Assembly: GCA_001761425.1 (NCBI GenBank)
Contig: CP012986.1
Coordinates: 575,980-639,979 of the forward strand
Direction of reading: 5' to 3'
Origin: Nanohaloarchaea archaeon SG9
GTDB lineage: Archaea > Nanohalarchaeota > Nanosalinia > Nanosalinales > Nanosalinaceae
Length of the DNA: 64,000 nucleotides
The notes beneath the pieces were generated by a model. It had not been told where the DNA came from. It was given only the letters and a program-made list of their open reading frames with translations, and searched no databases. The translations under genes were made by a program, and so were the position numbers. Shown here one piece after another: positions 45,477 to 55,076 of this stretch. Each line of letters starts with the position of its first letter. Position 1 is the first letter of the stretch.

Positions 45477-48047
45477 GTGAAGACTCAAAAAGCAAAGAAT
45501 CTTGACCAGGTCTACGAAGAAGTCAGAGAATATGACCTGGTTATCACCGCAGAGGCCTCGACAGCTGACTCACTGAAGCGGAGACTTGAAGAAACCAAAC
45601 TCGGCAGATTCGCAGTCACACCTCAGAGACTGGCATACGGCGACGAACTCGCAGAAGAAGATTTCAAGCGAGACATATTTCTCAAACTCGTCAAAGAAGA
45701 AGGCCTTCGCTGGAAACAGGCATCTTACCTTCTCAGGAACGCTATAAGCTGCTGGAAAGAATGCGGAGACCTAGAAAAAGTGAAAGAACACGGCTTCACA
45801 GGCGAGGCAATGGAGAAAGTCATAAAGATCCTGCAAAATACTGACAACCCGCTCAAAGCCCTGGAAAATTACAGAGTCCCGGAGGATAAAAATGTGGCGG
45901 TCCTGGCACCTTACCAGTTAAACGAACTGGATAAAAAAATCCTGCCGGACGATTACGAGGAGATAGGCCTCTTCCTTGACGATGAACAGGATTTACCGGA
46001 GTTCAAGGTCTTTAATTCATCGAACGAGCTGATACAGGCCCTGAAAGAAAGTATAGAAAAAGTGGGGCCTCAGAACGCCGGTGTCGTCGTCGATCCTTCT
46101 TCCGGTTACCAGGCCTTGCTTGAGTCTGCTCTGGAGTCCTCTGATATTCCCTATCTGAAGCAGCAGGATCTTTCTGAGGACGAGGATCTGAGGACTTTTC
46201 TCTCCCTGATGCGTACAGGCCTCTCTTCGAAGCGTGTGCGTGTGAAAGATATAAGACCTGTTTTACAGGAGTTGAACGTGCCTGTCTCCTCCGTTGAGAG
46301 CGAGAAGTTTATCGAGGATCTTGAGGAGGGAAGGCTTCAGGAGTTCAGAGATGTTTTCTCAATGATGCAGCATCTGCCGTTCGAAGAAGTGGTGAGAAAG
46401 TACGAAGAGTTCACAGGGAGACATCTCGGACCGGTGAAATCTATACTGAGTGAGCTTGACGTCGAAGATGAAATGGTCTCAGAGGCACGTATAAACCAAA
46501 TAGAGTATTACCTAGACAGTTTCGCACCAAGCGAAGACATAGAGGAGGACGGGGTTCTGTTCGCCGATCCGAAAAAGGTCTCACGTGTTGACAGACCGGC
46601 AGTCTTTTTCGTTGGCATGGATACAGAATGGAGACAGGAGCCTGAGAACCTGGCATGGATAGATCAGGAGAAAAGGGAAAAAGAGAATTTGAAAGACTTC
46701 AGATCGCTGCTTCAGAGCGGGAAACCGGTTTTCATGGTCCAGGACAGGGAGATGAACGAGGACATCAAGCCCTGCTTCTATCTCAACGAGCTGATCGATG
46801 AAGATTTCCAGAACTTCCGCCAGCTACCGCACAGACGTGTAAGGCCTGAAGAGACAGAGACAGAGACAGGCTTCGAACGCCAAGGCCTGGAAATCGAACA
46901 GGAAGAAGTGGAGGTCCTGAGCCAGTCCTCTCTCAATGATTTTGCGATGTCCCCACGCTACTACTACATCTCCAAACTTGTCTCCGACGTCGATGAAGAA
47001 GCCCTGGAAAAAGGAAACCTGTTCCATGACTACGCAGAGTTCTACGTCAACTATCCAGGCTTTATGGACGATAAAGGAGATGAAGAAGTCATCAGTTTCA
47101 TGATGAACAGGATAAGGCCTTTTGCCGATGACCTGGATCTTGAGAAGCTGGAGACAGAGTTCAAGGTAGGCCTGAAAAATATCAGAGAGTTCATCAAGAA
47201 CAGAGATATCTCGAGAGAGGAGATAGACGGCTACGAGAAAAAAGACAGGGATGAAAACGTGTTCTCAGAGGAGTACGGAAAACCGGTCCGGTCAAAGATA
47301 ACAGAACTCTGGTTCAAGGACAAGGATCTGGGAGGTAAGGGAAAAATCGATTTCCTCCAGGACCAGCAGAACCTTATCGATTACAAGTCAGGGAGAAGAA
47401 AATCTGAGAAAAAAGTCGTCAAGAAATCAAAAGTCGCTTTACACGGCGACGAGCAGTATCCTAACTTCCAGGCACCGATGTACCTAGCCTACCACCGCAA
47501 AAAGAACCCCGGAGAAAAAATTAACTTCACATTCTTCCATTTCCTCGACAACCTCGGCGATGAGGTAACAGGTAAGGCCTCAAACGGCGATAACGTTGTA
47601 ACAGTTACATACTACCCGGAAAAATTCAGCAAAGCGGTCGCATCCAACCAGGCCTTCGAACTACTGATAAAAGACGTTGCGAAGAGCAACGACCGGAGGA
47701 AAACCCTGGAAAAACTTGGCTGTCACCAGTTCAAAAAGTTCATGGAGGAAAACGAGTTCCCGAAGACGCATGACAAGAAAGAGGTTCTGGCCTCCAAGTT
47801 CGCCGAGGATTTCAAGGCCTATGCGAAGAAAGAGGTAGGAGACTACAAATACGTGAAAAACGGGGTTAAATCCGCGTTAAAAAAACTCGTTGAGTTCCAC
47901 ACCGAGAACTATTTCAGGGATGATATTGATCTCTTCGAGGAGTTTCTTGAGGAGAAGCTGGAGGAGTTGAACGATTACAGAGGAACCAGGTTCCCACTGG
48001 ATGCAAAAGCAGATAACATACCTGAAAGAGACCTGATAGTCAAATGA
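45477..48047 (+). CDS. AddB-like subunit: inactivated helicase-like N-terminus with a C-terminal RecB-family PD-(D/E)xK nuclease
   Basis: 856 aa with no Walker A. The C-terminus has SLNDFAMSPRYYY (Cas4/AddB-type nuclease N-motif), LFHDYAEFY and GKIDFLQDQQNLIDYKSG (RecB nuclease motif III). The ATGA stop/start overlaps the next gene. Confidence 0.6.
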   Translation: MKTQKAKNLDQVYEEVREYDLVITAEASTADSLKRRLEETKLGRFAVTPQRLAYGDELAEEDFKRDIFLKLVKEEGLRWKQASYLLRNAISCWKECGDLEKVKEHGFTGEAMEKVIKILQNTDNPLKALENYRVPEDKNVAVLAPYQLNELDKKILPDDYEEIGLFLDDEQDLPEFKVFNSSNELIQALKESIEKVGPQNAGVVVDPSSGYQALLESALESSDIPYLKQQDLSEDEDLRTFLSLMRTGLSSKRVRVKDIRPVLQELNVPVSSVESEKFIEDLEEGRLQEFRDVFSMMQHLPFEEVVRKYEEFTGRHLGPVKSILSELDVEDEMVSEARINQIEYYLDSFAPSEDIEEDGVLFADPKKVSRVDRPAVFFVGMDTEWRQEPENLAWIDQEKREKENLKDFRSLLQSGKPVFMVQDREMNEDIKPCFYLNELIDEDFQNFRQLPHRRVRPEETETETGFERQGLEIEQEEVEVLSQSSLNDFAMSPRYYYISKLVSDVDEEALEKGNLFHDYAEFYVNYPGFMDDKGDEEVISFMMNRIRPFADDLDLEKLETEFKVGLKNIREFIKNRDISREEIDGYEKKDRDENVFSEEYGKPVRSKITELWFKDKDLGGKGKIDFLQDQQNLIDYKSGRRKSEKKVVKKSKVALHGDEQYPNFQAPMYLAYHRKKNPGEKINFTFFHFLDNLGDEVTGKASNGDNVVTVTYYPEKFSKAVASNQAFELLIKDVAKSNDRRKTLEKLGCHQFKKFMEENEFPKTHDKKEVLASKFAEDFKAYAKKEVGDYKYVKNGVKSALKKLVEFHTENYFRDDIDLFEEFLEEKLEELNDYRGTRFPLDAKADNIPERDLIVK

Positions 48048-50785
48048 CAGAAGAATCACGTGAGGTCAGTCCTAACAGGCAACAGCAGAAACTTATAGAT
48101 AACATTGAAGGCCTTTACCTGGTAAACGCCGGTGCAGGGACTGGAAAAACTTTTACTATAACTCATCGCTACATCGAGATACTGGATGAGGTGGAGCCGG
48201 AGGATATCTTCCTTGCTACCTTTACAAGGAACGCTGCGGACGAGATGGCAGAGAGGATTGTATCAGAATCTGATTACCAGGCCTCGGATATCTGGGATGC
48301 TCCGATCTCGACTTTTCACAGTCACTGCCAGAAGATACTGGAGAGAAACGGCTTTTCAGTGCCGGAGGAACTGGGAATCCAGGACAGCATAGAGAACATC
48401 GATGTCCTGGAAAGCCAGATACGTGAACGCCAGGAATTCCACCGGTTCATGGACCGATTTATAGAAAACAACCCTGAGTACTCAAATTTCTACAGGATCT
48501 CACGTAACTACGATAATTTCCTGCACCTGATCAAATCCCTGGCCTCCAAAGGCATTATACCGGAGAAAGAAGGATGGTACCGCGACACAGAGGCCTTCCT
48601 CAACGGAGATAAAAAAGAGTTCATGGAGCTGTTCGAGGAAGCAAACAGGCCAAGACACAGCAGTAACGGCAAGAGACAGAGCGATCTTCGAAACAGGCTC
48701 TACAGCTACAGGTACAAGAACTTTCCCGAAGACGCGCCGGAGGGAGAGGAAGTCCGCGGAGGATACGGTACAAAAACTGTGAGAAAGGATTTTGGGGAAA
48801 AGGCCTTTGAAGAGGATAGAGAAGAACTCAAGGCCTTTGTACATGATCTTTACTTCGAGTACGTCCGTTACTGTCTTTCAAGAAACTATCTTAATTTCTC
48901 GTTCCTGATGATGTTCGCCTACGTCCTTCTGAGAGAAAATGAGTACGTCAGGAGGCAGGAGAGCTTCGAGTATATGATGATTGACGAGTTTCAGGATACT
49001 AACCCCCTCCAGTTCAAGCTTGCGTTGCTTCTGGCGGAGAGGCCTAATATAGCGGTTGTAGGTGACTGGAAGCAGAGTATTTACAGTTTCCAGTATGCTT
49101 CTGTAGAAAATATTCAGGAGTTCCGTCAGCGCCTGAAAGATTTCAGGGATGAGCTGAATCAGGAGAGGGAGAGAGTGAGTTTTTCCGTCGAAGGCGTCGA
49201 GGAGATCGAGCTGAGGAAAAACTACCGCTCCACCCAGGACATACTGGACTATGCGGAGCAGAGTCTCCAGTTATCTGCGAATAAGTACGAGGAGGTCGAT
49301 GAAAAAGATGTTACAGGCCTTGAATCTGAGATAGAGAATCAGGAGTCAAGTATTGAGAAATACATTGCTGAGGAAGAGGTAGAGGCCGTGCTGACAGAGA
49401 TCCTTGAGATAGTTGACAACGAGGATTACAGGTATGGAGACGAGAACAAAAAGCTGGATTTCAGGGATATAGCAGTTCTGACCCGTACCCGTGGTTTCGG
49501 CCTTCAGCTCCAGGAGGAGGCCCGTGAACACGGTATCCCCGTCGCCTATGAGGGAGGTGTAGAACTTTTCAAGACGAATCCTGCGATCCTTCTCCTCGCG
49601 TGGCTCCGCGTACTTAACAACGAGGATTCCAGGAAGGGCTGGGCTGTGATCCTTGAAGAAGCCGGTTACAGGCTTGAAGAAGCAAAGAAAATTCTCGATC
49701 CCGAGGAAGAAGAATACAAGTATCCCGAGGATATGGAAGAGTTCCGGGAGCGTCTGGAAGGCCTTGAATCGATAAGTTCTGTAGCGAGAACGGTCTTCCA
49801 CAGGTATGGATATTCGAACGCATTCACTGACAAAATAATAGAAGTTCTAAGCAATGTTTTCACGTCAAGCTACATGAATCTAGGTGAACTGATCCAGTTC
49901 ATACAGGAGAATATCGAGGAAAACGAGATATACGAGGTCGATTCATCGCGTAACAGGAATACCGTCAAAATACAGACGATACACGCAGCGAAAGGCCTTG
50001 AGTACCCTGCTGTCTTTATCTCGGACGTGAACCAGGGAAAGTTCCCGTCGAAGAACTCTGATTCCAAGGCTATCACCTATGCGGATCCTGTAGGCCTCAG
50101 GCAGAGAAAAATCTACAGGAACGGAGGCCTTGCATTTGAGTATGATAACTGGAGGACTGAGATCCTCATGAAATGTCTTTCCGGGAACTACGATGAAGAG
50201 AGAAGGCTGATGTACGTCGCCATGACCAGGGCACAGCAGCATCTCTTTATCACAGCGGAGAAGGATCGGGGATCAACGTTCTTTGAAGGCCTCAGTGGAG
50301 AACCGGAGCTGCTGGAAGCTGATGTCGAGGATGTAAAAGTCGATAAAGAGGACCTGGAAGTATTCGAAGTGGAGAGTGTAAACTCAGAAAGAAATGAGCT
50401 GAGATCCGTCCATTCAGAACTTGATGTGGTTGAAGGAGATAAGGAAAAAGGCAACGGTCTACATGAGTTCGCTGAGGCCTATGCTAACGGAGAGGATGTA
50501 GAGGCCTCGAACAGCAGGGAAAAAGAGGTCAAGGAATTTATAGATTCCCTGGAAGGTGAGTTAGAGGCTGAAAAGCATGTCAGCATACCGGTTGACGGAA
50601 AAGTCTATGAAAGCGTGATAGACCTGGTACACGTGACTGAGGAGAAAGTTGAGGTCATAGATTACAAGACGGACTCAAATCCTGATAACATGAAGGAGTA
50701 CCAGAAACAGGTCGAATGCTACAGGAAAGGCCTTGAACAAATATTTGACAGGCCTGTGGAGAAAAGGATAGTGACTCTGGAATGA
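48044..50785 (+). CDS. AddA/UvrD-like SF1 helicase with a C-terminal RecB-family nuclease domain
   Basis: 913 aa. It carries Walker A NAGAGTGKT and motifs Ia TFTRNAADEM, II MIDEFQDTNP, III VGDWKQSIYSFQ, IV YRSTQ, V TIHAAKGLEYPAVF and VI YVAMTRAQQHLFI. The C-terminal nuclease motif is VIDLVHVTEEKVEVIDYKTD. Confidence 0.8.
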   Translation: MTEESREVSPNRQQQKLIDNIEGLYLVNAGAGTGKTFTITHRYIEILDEVEPEDIFLATFTRNAADEMAERIVSESDYQASDIWDAPISTFHSHCQKILERNGFSVPEELGIQDSIENIDVLESQIRERQEFHRFMDRFIENNPEYSNFYRISRNYDNFLHLIKSLASKGIIPEKEGWYRDTEAFLNGDKKEFMELFEEANRPRHSSNGKRQSDLRNRLYSYRYKNFPEDAPEGEEVRGGYGTKTVRKDFGEKAFEEDREELKAFVHDLYFEYVRYCLSRNYLNFSFLMMFAYVLLRENEYVRRQESFEYMMIDEFQDTNPLQFKLALLLAERPNIAVVGDWKQSIYSFQYASVENIQEFRQRLKDFRDELNQERERVSFSVEGVEEIELRKNYRSTQDILDYAEQSLQLSANKYEEVDEKDVTGLESEIENQESSIEKYIAEEEVEAVLTEILEIVDNEDYRYGDENKKLDFRDIAVLTRTRGFGLQLQEEAREHGIPVAYEGGVELFKTNPAILLLAWLRVLNNEDSRKGWAVILEEAGYRLEEAKKILDPEEEEYKYPEDMEEFRERLEGLESISSVARTVFHRYGYSNAFTDKIIEVLSNVFTSSYMNLGELIQFIQENIEENEIYEVDSSRNRNTVKIQTIHAAKGLEYPAVFISDVNQGKFPSKNSDSKAITYADPVGLRQRKIYRNGGLAFEYDNWRTEILMKCLSGNYDEERRLMYVAMTRAQQHLFITAEKDRGSTFFEGLSGEPELLEADVEDVKVDKEDLEVFEVESVNSERNELRSVHSELDVVEGDKEKGNGLHEFAEAYANGEDVEASNSREKEVKEFIDSLEGELEAEKHVSIPVDGKVYESVIDLVHVTEEKVEVIDYKTDSNPDNMKEYQKQVECYRKGLEQIFDRPVEKRIVTLE

Positions 50786-50840
50786 CCTGGAAATCTTTGG
50801 TGCATCAGATTTTTTCTTCTCCGTATCGAGTTTAAAAGAA

Positions 50841-51254
50841 ATGGAGCACAAACGCTTAGACATGGACAGACAAATCCTTGCGGTATCTGCTGTGGTATTC
50901 CTGGCTGCTGTTGTAACAGGATTTGCCCTCGGCTCGCCAGAAGAAAAAGCAGCTTCTACCTACCGGGAAGATGTCAGCTACACCGCCAATGCCAGCAATC
51001 CTATAGAGGAGGTCAGGTTCGATGACAGGAACATAAGCCTGATCGTCCAGAGCGGTGAAAAAGCACAGTTCTTCATAGAAGCAGATAACGAAGTAGAACC
51101 TATACAAGGCCTCAAACACGACGGAAACATAAACGAGTACTCAGAGTTCATCACACTTGAAGAAGATATGTACCTGTTGAACTTTCGGTACAGAGATGAC
51201 TCCGAGGCCTCAGAAGATGAATGGATAACACTTTACAGAATCACAAAACTCTAA
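50841..51254 (+). CDS. hypothetical membrane-anchored protein
   Basis: 137 aa with an N-terminal TM anchor and an acidic ectodomain. Confidence 0.5.
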   Translation: MEHKRLDMDRQILAVSAVVFLAAVVTGFALGSPEEKAASTYREDVSYTANASNPIEEVRFDDRNISLIVQSGEKAQFFIEADNEVEPIQGLKHDGNINEYSEFITLEEDMYLLNFRYRDDSEASEDEWITLYRITKL

Positions 51255-51401
51255 TCCTCGAATATCCTTCCCAGTTTCTGAAGGCCTTCACTTCTTCTCC
51301 GATAATCCGTAGCTTCTACAGTTTCCAGAGTCTGGACCGGTCAAAGGTTGGGGCTACGTGAAGGTTTATGAACAGAAATGATCAATTAATCGACAGGGAA
51401 C

Positions 51402-51725
51402 ATGATTGAGTTACAGGTGCTAATTGAACTGAGCACAGCTTTAATCGCTGCATTGATCAGTATGGCTGCAGGTAAACTTTACTGGAACATCAAAGAGGAT
51501 TCTGAAACTGTACTTACATCTTTCAAGCTGAGAGCGGATCTTACCCGATACGATTTCCTCGCATACCTGGTAGGGGAGCTTTTTCTCGTAATAACTTTTC
51601 TTATATATGTCGCAGGAGGCCTAATGGAAAACAAAGCCCTGGTACTGTTCTCAAGAGTACAGATCGTGGGCTTTCTCGGCGTGATAACCTACGGAGTGCT
51701 TAGAATGTGGTGGAGATCAAGATGA
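51402..51725 (+). CDS. hypothetical small membrane protein
   Basis: 107 aa with 3 predicted TM helices. It overlaps the next gene by 19 nt. Confidence 0.5.
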   Translation: MIELQVLIELSTALIAALISMAAGKLYWNIKEDSETVLTSFKLRADLTRYDFLAYLVGELFLVITFLIYVAGGLMENKALVLFSRVQIVGFLGVITYGVLRMWWRSR

Positions 51726-52177
51726 ACCTTATAATAACTCTATTCGCAGCACTTTCGGCATTGATTACCACGCTCATATTCTATTACAACCTGAAGATCG
51801 TCAATAAATTCAGAGAGGACGAAGAACTCACAGCAACAAAACTCGTGATCAAGGAAAGAGTACCAGACGCGTTCATGGCACTGTCAATATCATCACTGTT
51901 CTTCTCACTGGGAGCCTTCATAGGAGCAACACTCATACTGTTCAGACTCCAGATATTCCAGTACTTCACAGAAATAGGGATCATCACCATGCTCGTAGGC
52001 CTGCTGACATTCATGAAAAGAATAAGCGATGCAGTAACCGAAGGAAAGAAAGACGAAGTAGAAAACGAACAGAGAAAAGAAGAAAAATCAGAGCCTCAGG
52101 AAGACGAGAAAGAAAACATGGAAACCGAAAACGAGAAAGCCTCGAAAAAAGACTCTGAAGAAGAAAAAGAAGAATAA
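51707..52177 (+). CDS. hypothetical membrane protein with an acidic K/E-rich C-terminal tail
   Basis: 156 aa. Its architecture resembles the preceding gene (a possible tandem paralog) plus a low-complexity tail. Confidence 0.5.
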   Translation: MVEIKMNLIITLFAALSALITTLIFYYNLKIVNKFREDEELTATKLVIKERVPDAFMALSISSLFFSLGAFIGATLILFRLQIFQYFTEIGIITMLVGLLTFMKRISDAVTEGKKDEVENEQRKEEKSEPQEDEKENMETENEKASKKDSEEEKEE

Positions 52178-52183
52178 AGGCCT

Positions 52184-52978
52184 TTACCAGGGAGCGAACT
52201 CTGGATCTACCCTTCTATCTCTTCTCTCAAGGCCGTCGATCTTCTCGATGTCTTCCTCATCAAGTTCAAGGTCCAAGGCCCTGTAATTGTCCTCTATATG
52301 TTCTTCAGAAGTTGCCTTGGGAATCACAACAACATTGTCTTTCTGCATCAGCCAGGCAAGTGAAACCTGTGCAGGAGAAACACCGTGTTTCTCTGCGATA
52401 TCTCTAAGCTCCGGGATCTCGAAGACCTTACCTCTCGCAAGAGGAGAGTAAGCCACCAGATAGATATCATGTTCTCTGCATTTCTCCAGGATCTCTTCCT
52501 GCTGGAGCAGAGGATGCATCTCAACCTGGTTCGCAACAATATGCTCGCCAGCAATCTCCATAGCCTCATCCACCTGCTCCGGTTCAAAGTTACTGATACC
52601 GATGTTATCGATTCTTCCCTCCTCTACAAGCTCCCTGAACGCACCCAGAGTCTCCTCAGGCCTGTAATCACCGGAAGGCCAGTGAACATACATCAAGTCA
52701 ACGGAATCAACGCCAAGCTTATCCAGACTCTCCTCTGTCGAGGCCTTAACCTTCTCAGCCGAGAGCTTATTGATCCAGACCTTTGAAGCAAGGAAAAAAT
52801 CCTCTCTGTCTACATCCGCTGCTGAAAGGCCTTCGCCGACATCTTCCTCGTTGCTGTAGGCCTGGGCGGTATCGATATGCCTGTATCCCATGTCCAGCGC
52901 GGTTTTAACTGATTCACTGCATTCTTTTGGGTTTGAGTTCTGCCAGGTGCCGAGACCAAGCTCAGGTATCTCTTTCAT
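52184..52978 (-). CDS. aldo/keto reductase
   Basis: Start chosen at the internal Met (MKEIPELGLGTWQ...), which matches the canonical AKR N-terminus (LGLGTW). Catalytic HID...AQAY and the C-terminal IPKS-like VIPKATS are present. The 61-codon upstream extension of the track ORF (to 53161) is Cys/Ser-rich and non-genic in character. Confidence 0.8.
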   Translation of the reverse strand: MKEIPELGLGTWQNSNPKECSESVKTALDMGYRHIDTAQAYSNEEDVGEGLSAADVDREDFFLASKVWINKLSAEKVKASTEESLDKLGVDSVDLMYVHWPSGDYRPEETLGAFRELVEEGRIDNIGISNFEPEQVDEAMEIAGEHIVANQVEMHPLLQQEEILEKCREHDIYLVAYSPLARGKVFEIPELRDIAEKHGVSPAQVSLAWLMQKDNVVVIPKATSEEHIEDNYRALDLELDEEDIEKIDGLERRDRRVDPEFAPW

Positions 52979-53331
52979 AACACCAAGAAGAGGCCTCAGT
53001 GCTTTTACCTCTTGCTTTATTCTACCGGAACTGCCGGAAAGCTGTCTCTTTTCGTTTTTAATAGGGGGTTCGAATAATGAGGTGAGGGGAGAACAAATGA
53101 AACACATTGAGAAGGGGGAACTTGACTTTCCAACACAGAAAACGCCGTTCGAGGCCTTCAACTCCAGGATAGAGGAGGGAACTATATGAGAGCCGAGGAG
53201 TTCCGGAGCCTTGAGGCCTTGCCAGGTGATCCTGATGAGGATCTGTCCGGATTAAGAAGGAGGTTTGCCATAAAGCTGAGGAGGTCTTTCGCCCGGGTAT
53301 CTGGGTAGAGTCCTTCCCAAAGCTTTCTTTT

Positions 53332-53352
53332 TCCTACCGGAAACGGCGAAAT
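53332..53352 (+). promoter_or_regulatory. ORB-like element (TCCTACCGGAAACGGCGAAA) about 30 nt upstream of orc1; a related TTCTACCGGAA copy lies at 53021-53031
   Basis: It resembles the archaeal origin-recognition-box core (TCCAGTGGAAACGAAA). Two copies flank a ~400-bp intergenic region that also contains several G5 tracts. Confidence 0.25.
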
Positions 53353-53383
53353 TCCCTTAAGATTTGAGGTTTAATTACGGGTT

Positions 53384-54391
53384 ATGATTGTCCAGGATGC
53401 ACGTGTTCTGCGCGATGACTTTATCCCGAAAGAGGTTGTCCACAGAGATTCCGAGGTACAGGAGCTTTCAAGAGCTCTGGAACCGCTGGTGGAAAATGAA
53501 CAGGCGCGCAACATACTTCTGTACGGGCCTCCAGGAACAGGGAAAACCTGTCTTTCACAGTACGTCATGGAAAAACTGGAGGAGGAACTCCTTGACTTTA
53601 ACTACATGTATATCAACTGCTGGGAAAACTACAACAGGTTCAAAGTCCTTTATAAAGCGTTAGAAGGAGTCGGGAAGACTTTACACGTCCACAGACAGTC
53701 AACACCTACAGATGAACTTTATTCAAAGCTGAAAGATTACGACAGGGCACCTTATGTACTGATACTTGATGAGGTCGACCAGTTAGAGGATGAAAAAGTC
53801 CTTTACGATCTTCAAGGCCTTAACAACGTACATATCGTGATGATAGCGAACACCCAGGAATCTGTTTTCTACAACATGGATGACAGAGTCAGAAGCAGAC
53901 TGATCGACTCGAAGAGAATCCAGTTCAAGGCTTACACCTCTGATCAGTTACAGGATATACTCATGGACCGTGCGGAGTGGGGTCTAGATTCTTCTGCTGT
54001 CGATTCTTCTCTTATCAAAAAGATCGCTCTCTCCTCGGAAGGTGATGCACGCATAGCGATTGGAGTTCTACGTGCAGCGGCCAGGATGGCTGAGGAAAGA
54101 GATAAGAAAGAGATTACCCGGGATATGATACAGGAAGCAGTTCCAGAAGCGAAGGACAACAACAAGAAGAAAAACGAAGAGAAACTGAACAACCACCAGG
54201 AGAAACTGTACGAAATAGTAAACGAGGAAGAAGAGATCCAGCCCGGCGATCTCTACGAAAAATACAGAGAAGCCATGGATGAACCGAAAAGCGACAGGAT
54301 GCTCAGAAAATACCTTCAGAAAATGGATCACTACAACCTGATAGAAGCCGAAGGAGAAGGTCGCTGGCGAAAATATCGGTCAGTGGAATGA
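53384..54391 (+). CDS. orc1: Orc1/Cdc6 replication initiator (AAA+ with C-terminal winged helix)
   Basis: 335 aa. LLYGPPGTGKT is Walker A and VLILDEVD is Walker B. The HRDSEVQELSRALEPL N-terminal pattern is Orc1-like. The C-terminus has the winged-helix-like LYEKYREAM...RKYLQKM... Confidence 0.8.
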   Translation: MIVQDARVLRDDFIPKEVVHRDSEVQELSRALEPLVENEQARNILLYGPPGTGKTCLSQYVMEKLEEELLDFNYMYINCWENYNRFKVLYKALEGVGKTLHVHRQSTPTDELYSKLKDYDRAPYVLILDEVDQLEDEKVLYDLQGLNNVHIVMIANTQESVFYNMDDRVRSRLIDSKRIQFKAYTSDQLQDILMDRAEWGLDSSAVDSSLIKKIALSSEGDARIAIGVLRAAARMAEERDKKEITRDMIQEAVPEAKDNNKKKNEEKLNNHQEKLYEIVNEEEEIQPGDLYEKYREAMDEPKSDRMLRKYLQKMDHYNLIEAEGEGRWRKYRSVE

Positions 54392-54798
54392 AAAAAGGAA
54401 GCTACATACTCCTCATAGAACTGGAGGAAAAAGAAACAGTAAAAATAGGTCCTGGAAACCGGGAACTAGAGAAAGGATTCTACACCTACTTCGGCACTGC
54501 ATTCGGACCCGGAGGCCTCAAAAGAGTAGAAAGACACAGCAAACAGGCCTCAGGAGAAAAAAATGTAAAACACTGGCATATCGACTACCTGACAACCCTG
54601 GAAAAATCAAGGATGATCAAGGCCGTGAAATTCCCGGAGAAAGACCTTGAATGCGAACTCGCATCTCAGGCACAAAACATGATAGAGGCCTTCGGATCCA
54701 CAGACTGTAAATGCGGTTCACACCTCGCATACTTCCATGAAAGAGAGGAAGGAGAGGCCCTTCTGGAGAAGATGAAAGCGAAATACCTTAATTCTTAA
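54388..54798 (+). CDS. conserved archaeal DUF123-like (GIY-YIG-related) protein
   Basis: 136 aa. GSYILLIEL...GFYTYFGTAFG...HWHIDYL matches the conserved motifs of the DUF123 family. The start overlaps the orc1 stop (ATGA). Confidence 0.55.
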   Translation: MKKGSYILLIELEEKETVKIGPGNRELEKGFYTYFGTAFGPGGLKRVERHSKQASGEKNVKHWHIDYLTTLEKSRMIKAVKFPEKDLECELASQAQNMIEAFGSTDCKCGSHLAYFHEREEGEALLEKMKAKYLNS

Positions 54799-54823
54799 AT
54801 CCTGAGACCTTTCCCTCTGTTAA

Positions 54824-54964
54824 GGGCTCTTAGTTCAGTCTGGCAGAACGCCTGCTTCGCAACACCACTTGCTTGAATCTAGGTGAAAGCTGGAGGTTAG
54901 AGAAGAACAAAGATCTTCAAAGCGGAATAGCAGGAGGCCTCGGGTTCAAATCCCGAAGGGTCCA
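54824..54964 (+). tRNA. tRNA-Ala (anticodon CGC) with a 67-nt intron at 37/38
   Basis: GGGCTCTTAGTTCAGTCTGGCAGAACGCCTGCTTCGCA|intron 54862-54928|AGCAGGAGGCCTCGGGTTCAAATCCCGAAGGGTCCA. The G3:U70 alanine identity pair is present. The anticodon stem CCTGC/GCAGG and T-arm TCGGG-TTCAAAT-CCCGA only pair after intron removal. Confidence 0.8.
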
Positions 54965-55076
54965 AATTTATTTCGTCCAGGATTTGATATCCTCCGAGAA
55001 GATTCTCTGATCTTCGGACGGGTTCAAATCATCGAAAATTTCCCTGAGAAATTTTCTGGAGATGCAGAAACTCTGC

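Noticed and set aside
52979-53161. 61-codon N-terminal extension of the aldo-keto reductase ORF in the track
   Set aside because: The extension is Cys/Ser/Phe-rich and unlike the rest of the proteome. The canonical AKR N-terminus (MKEIPELGLGTW) begins at the internal Met, so the extension is more likely intergenic (possible origin region).
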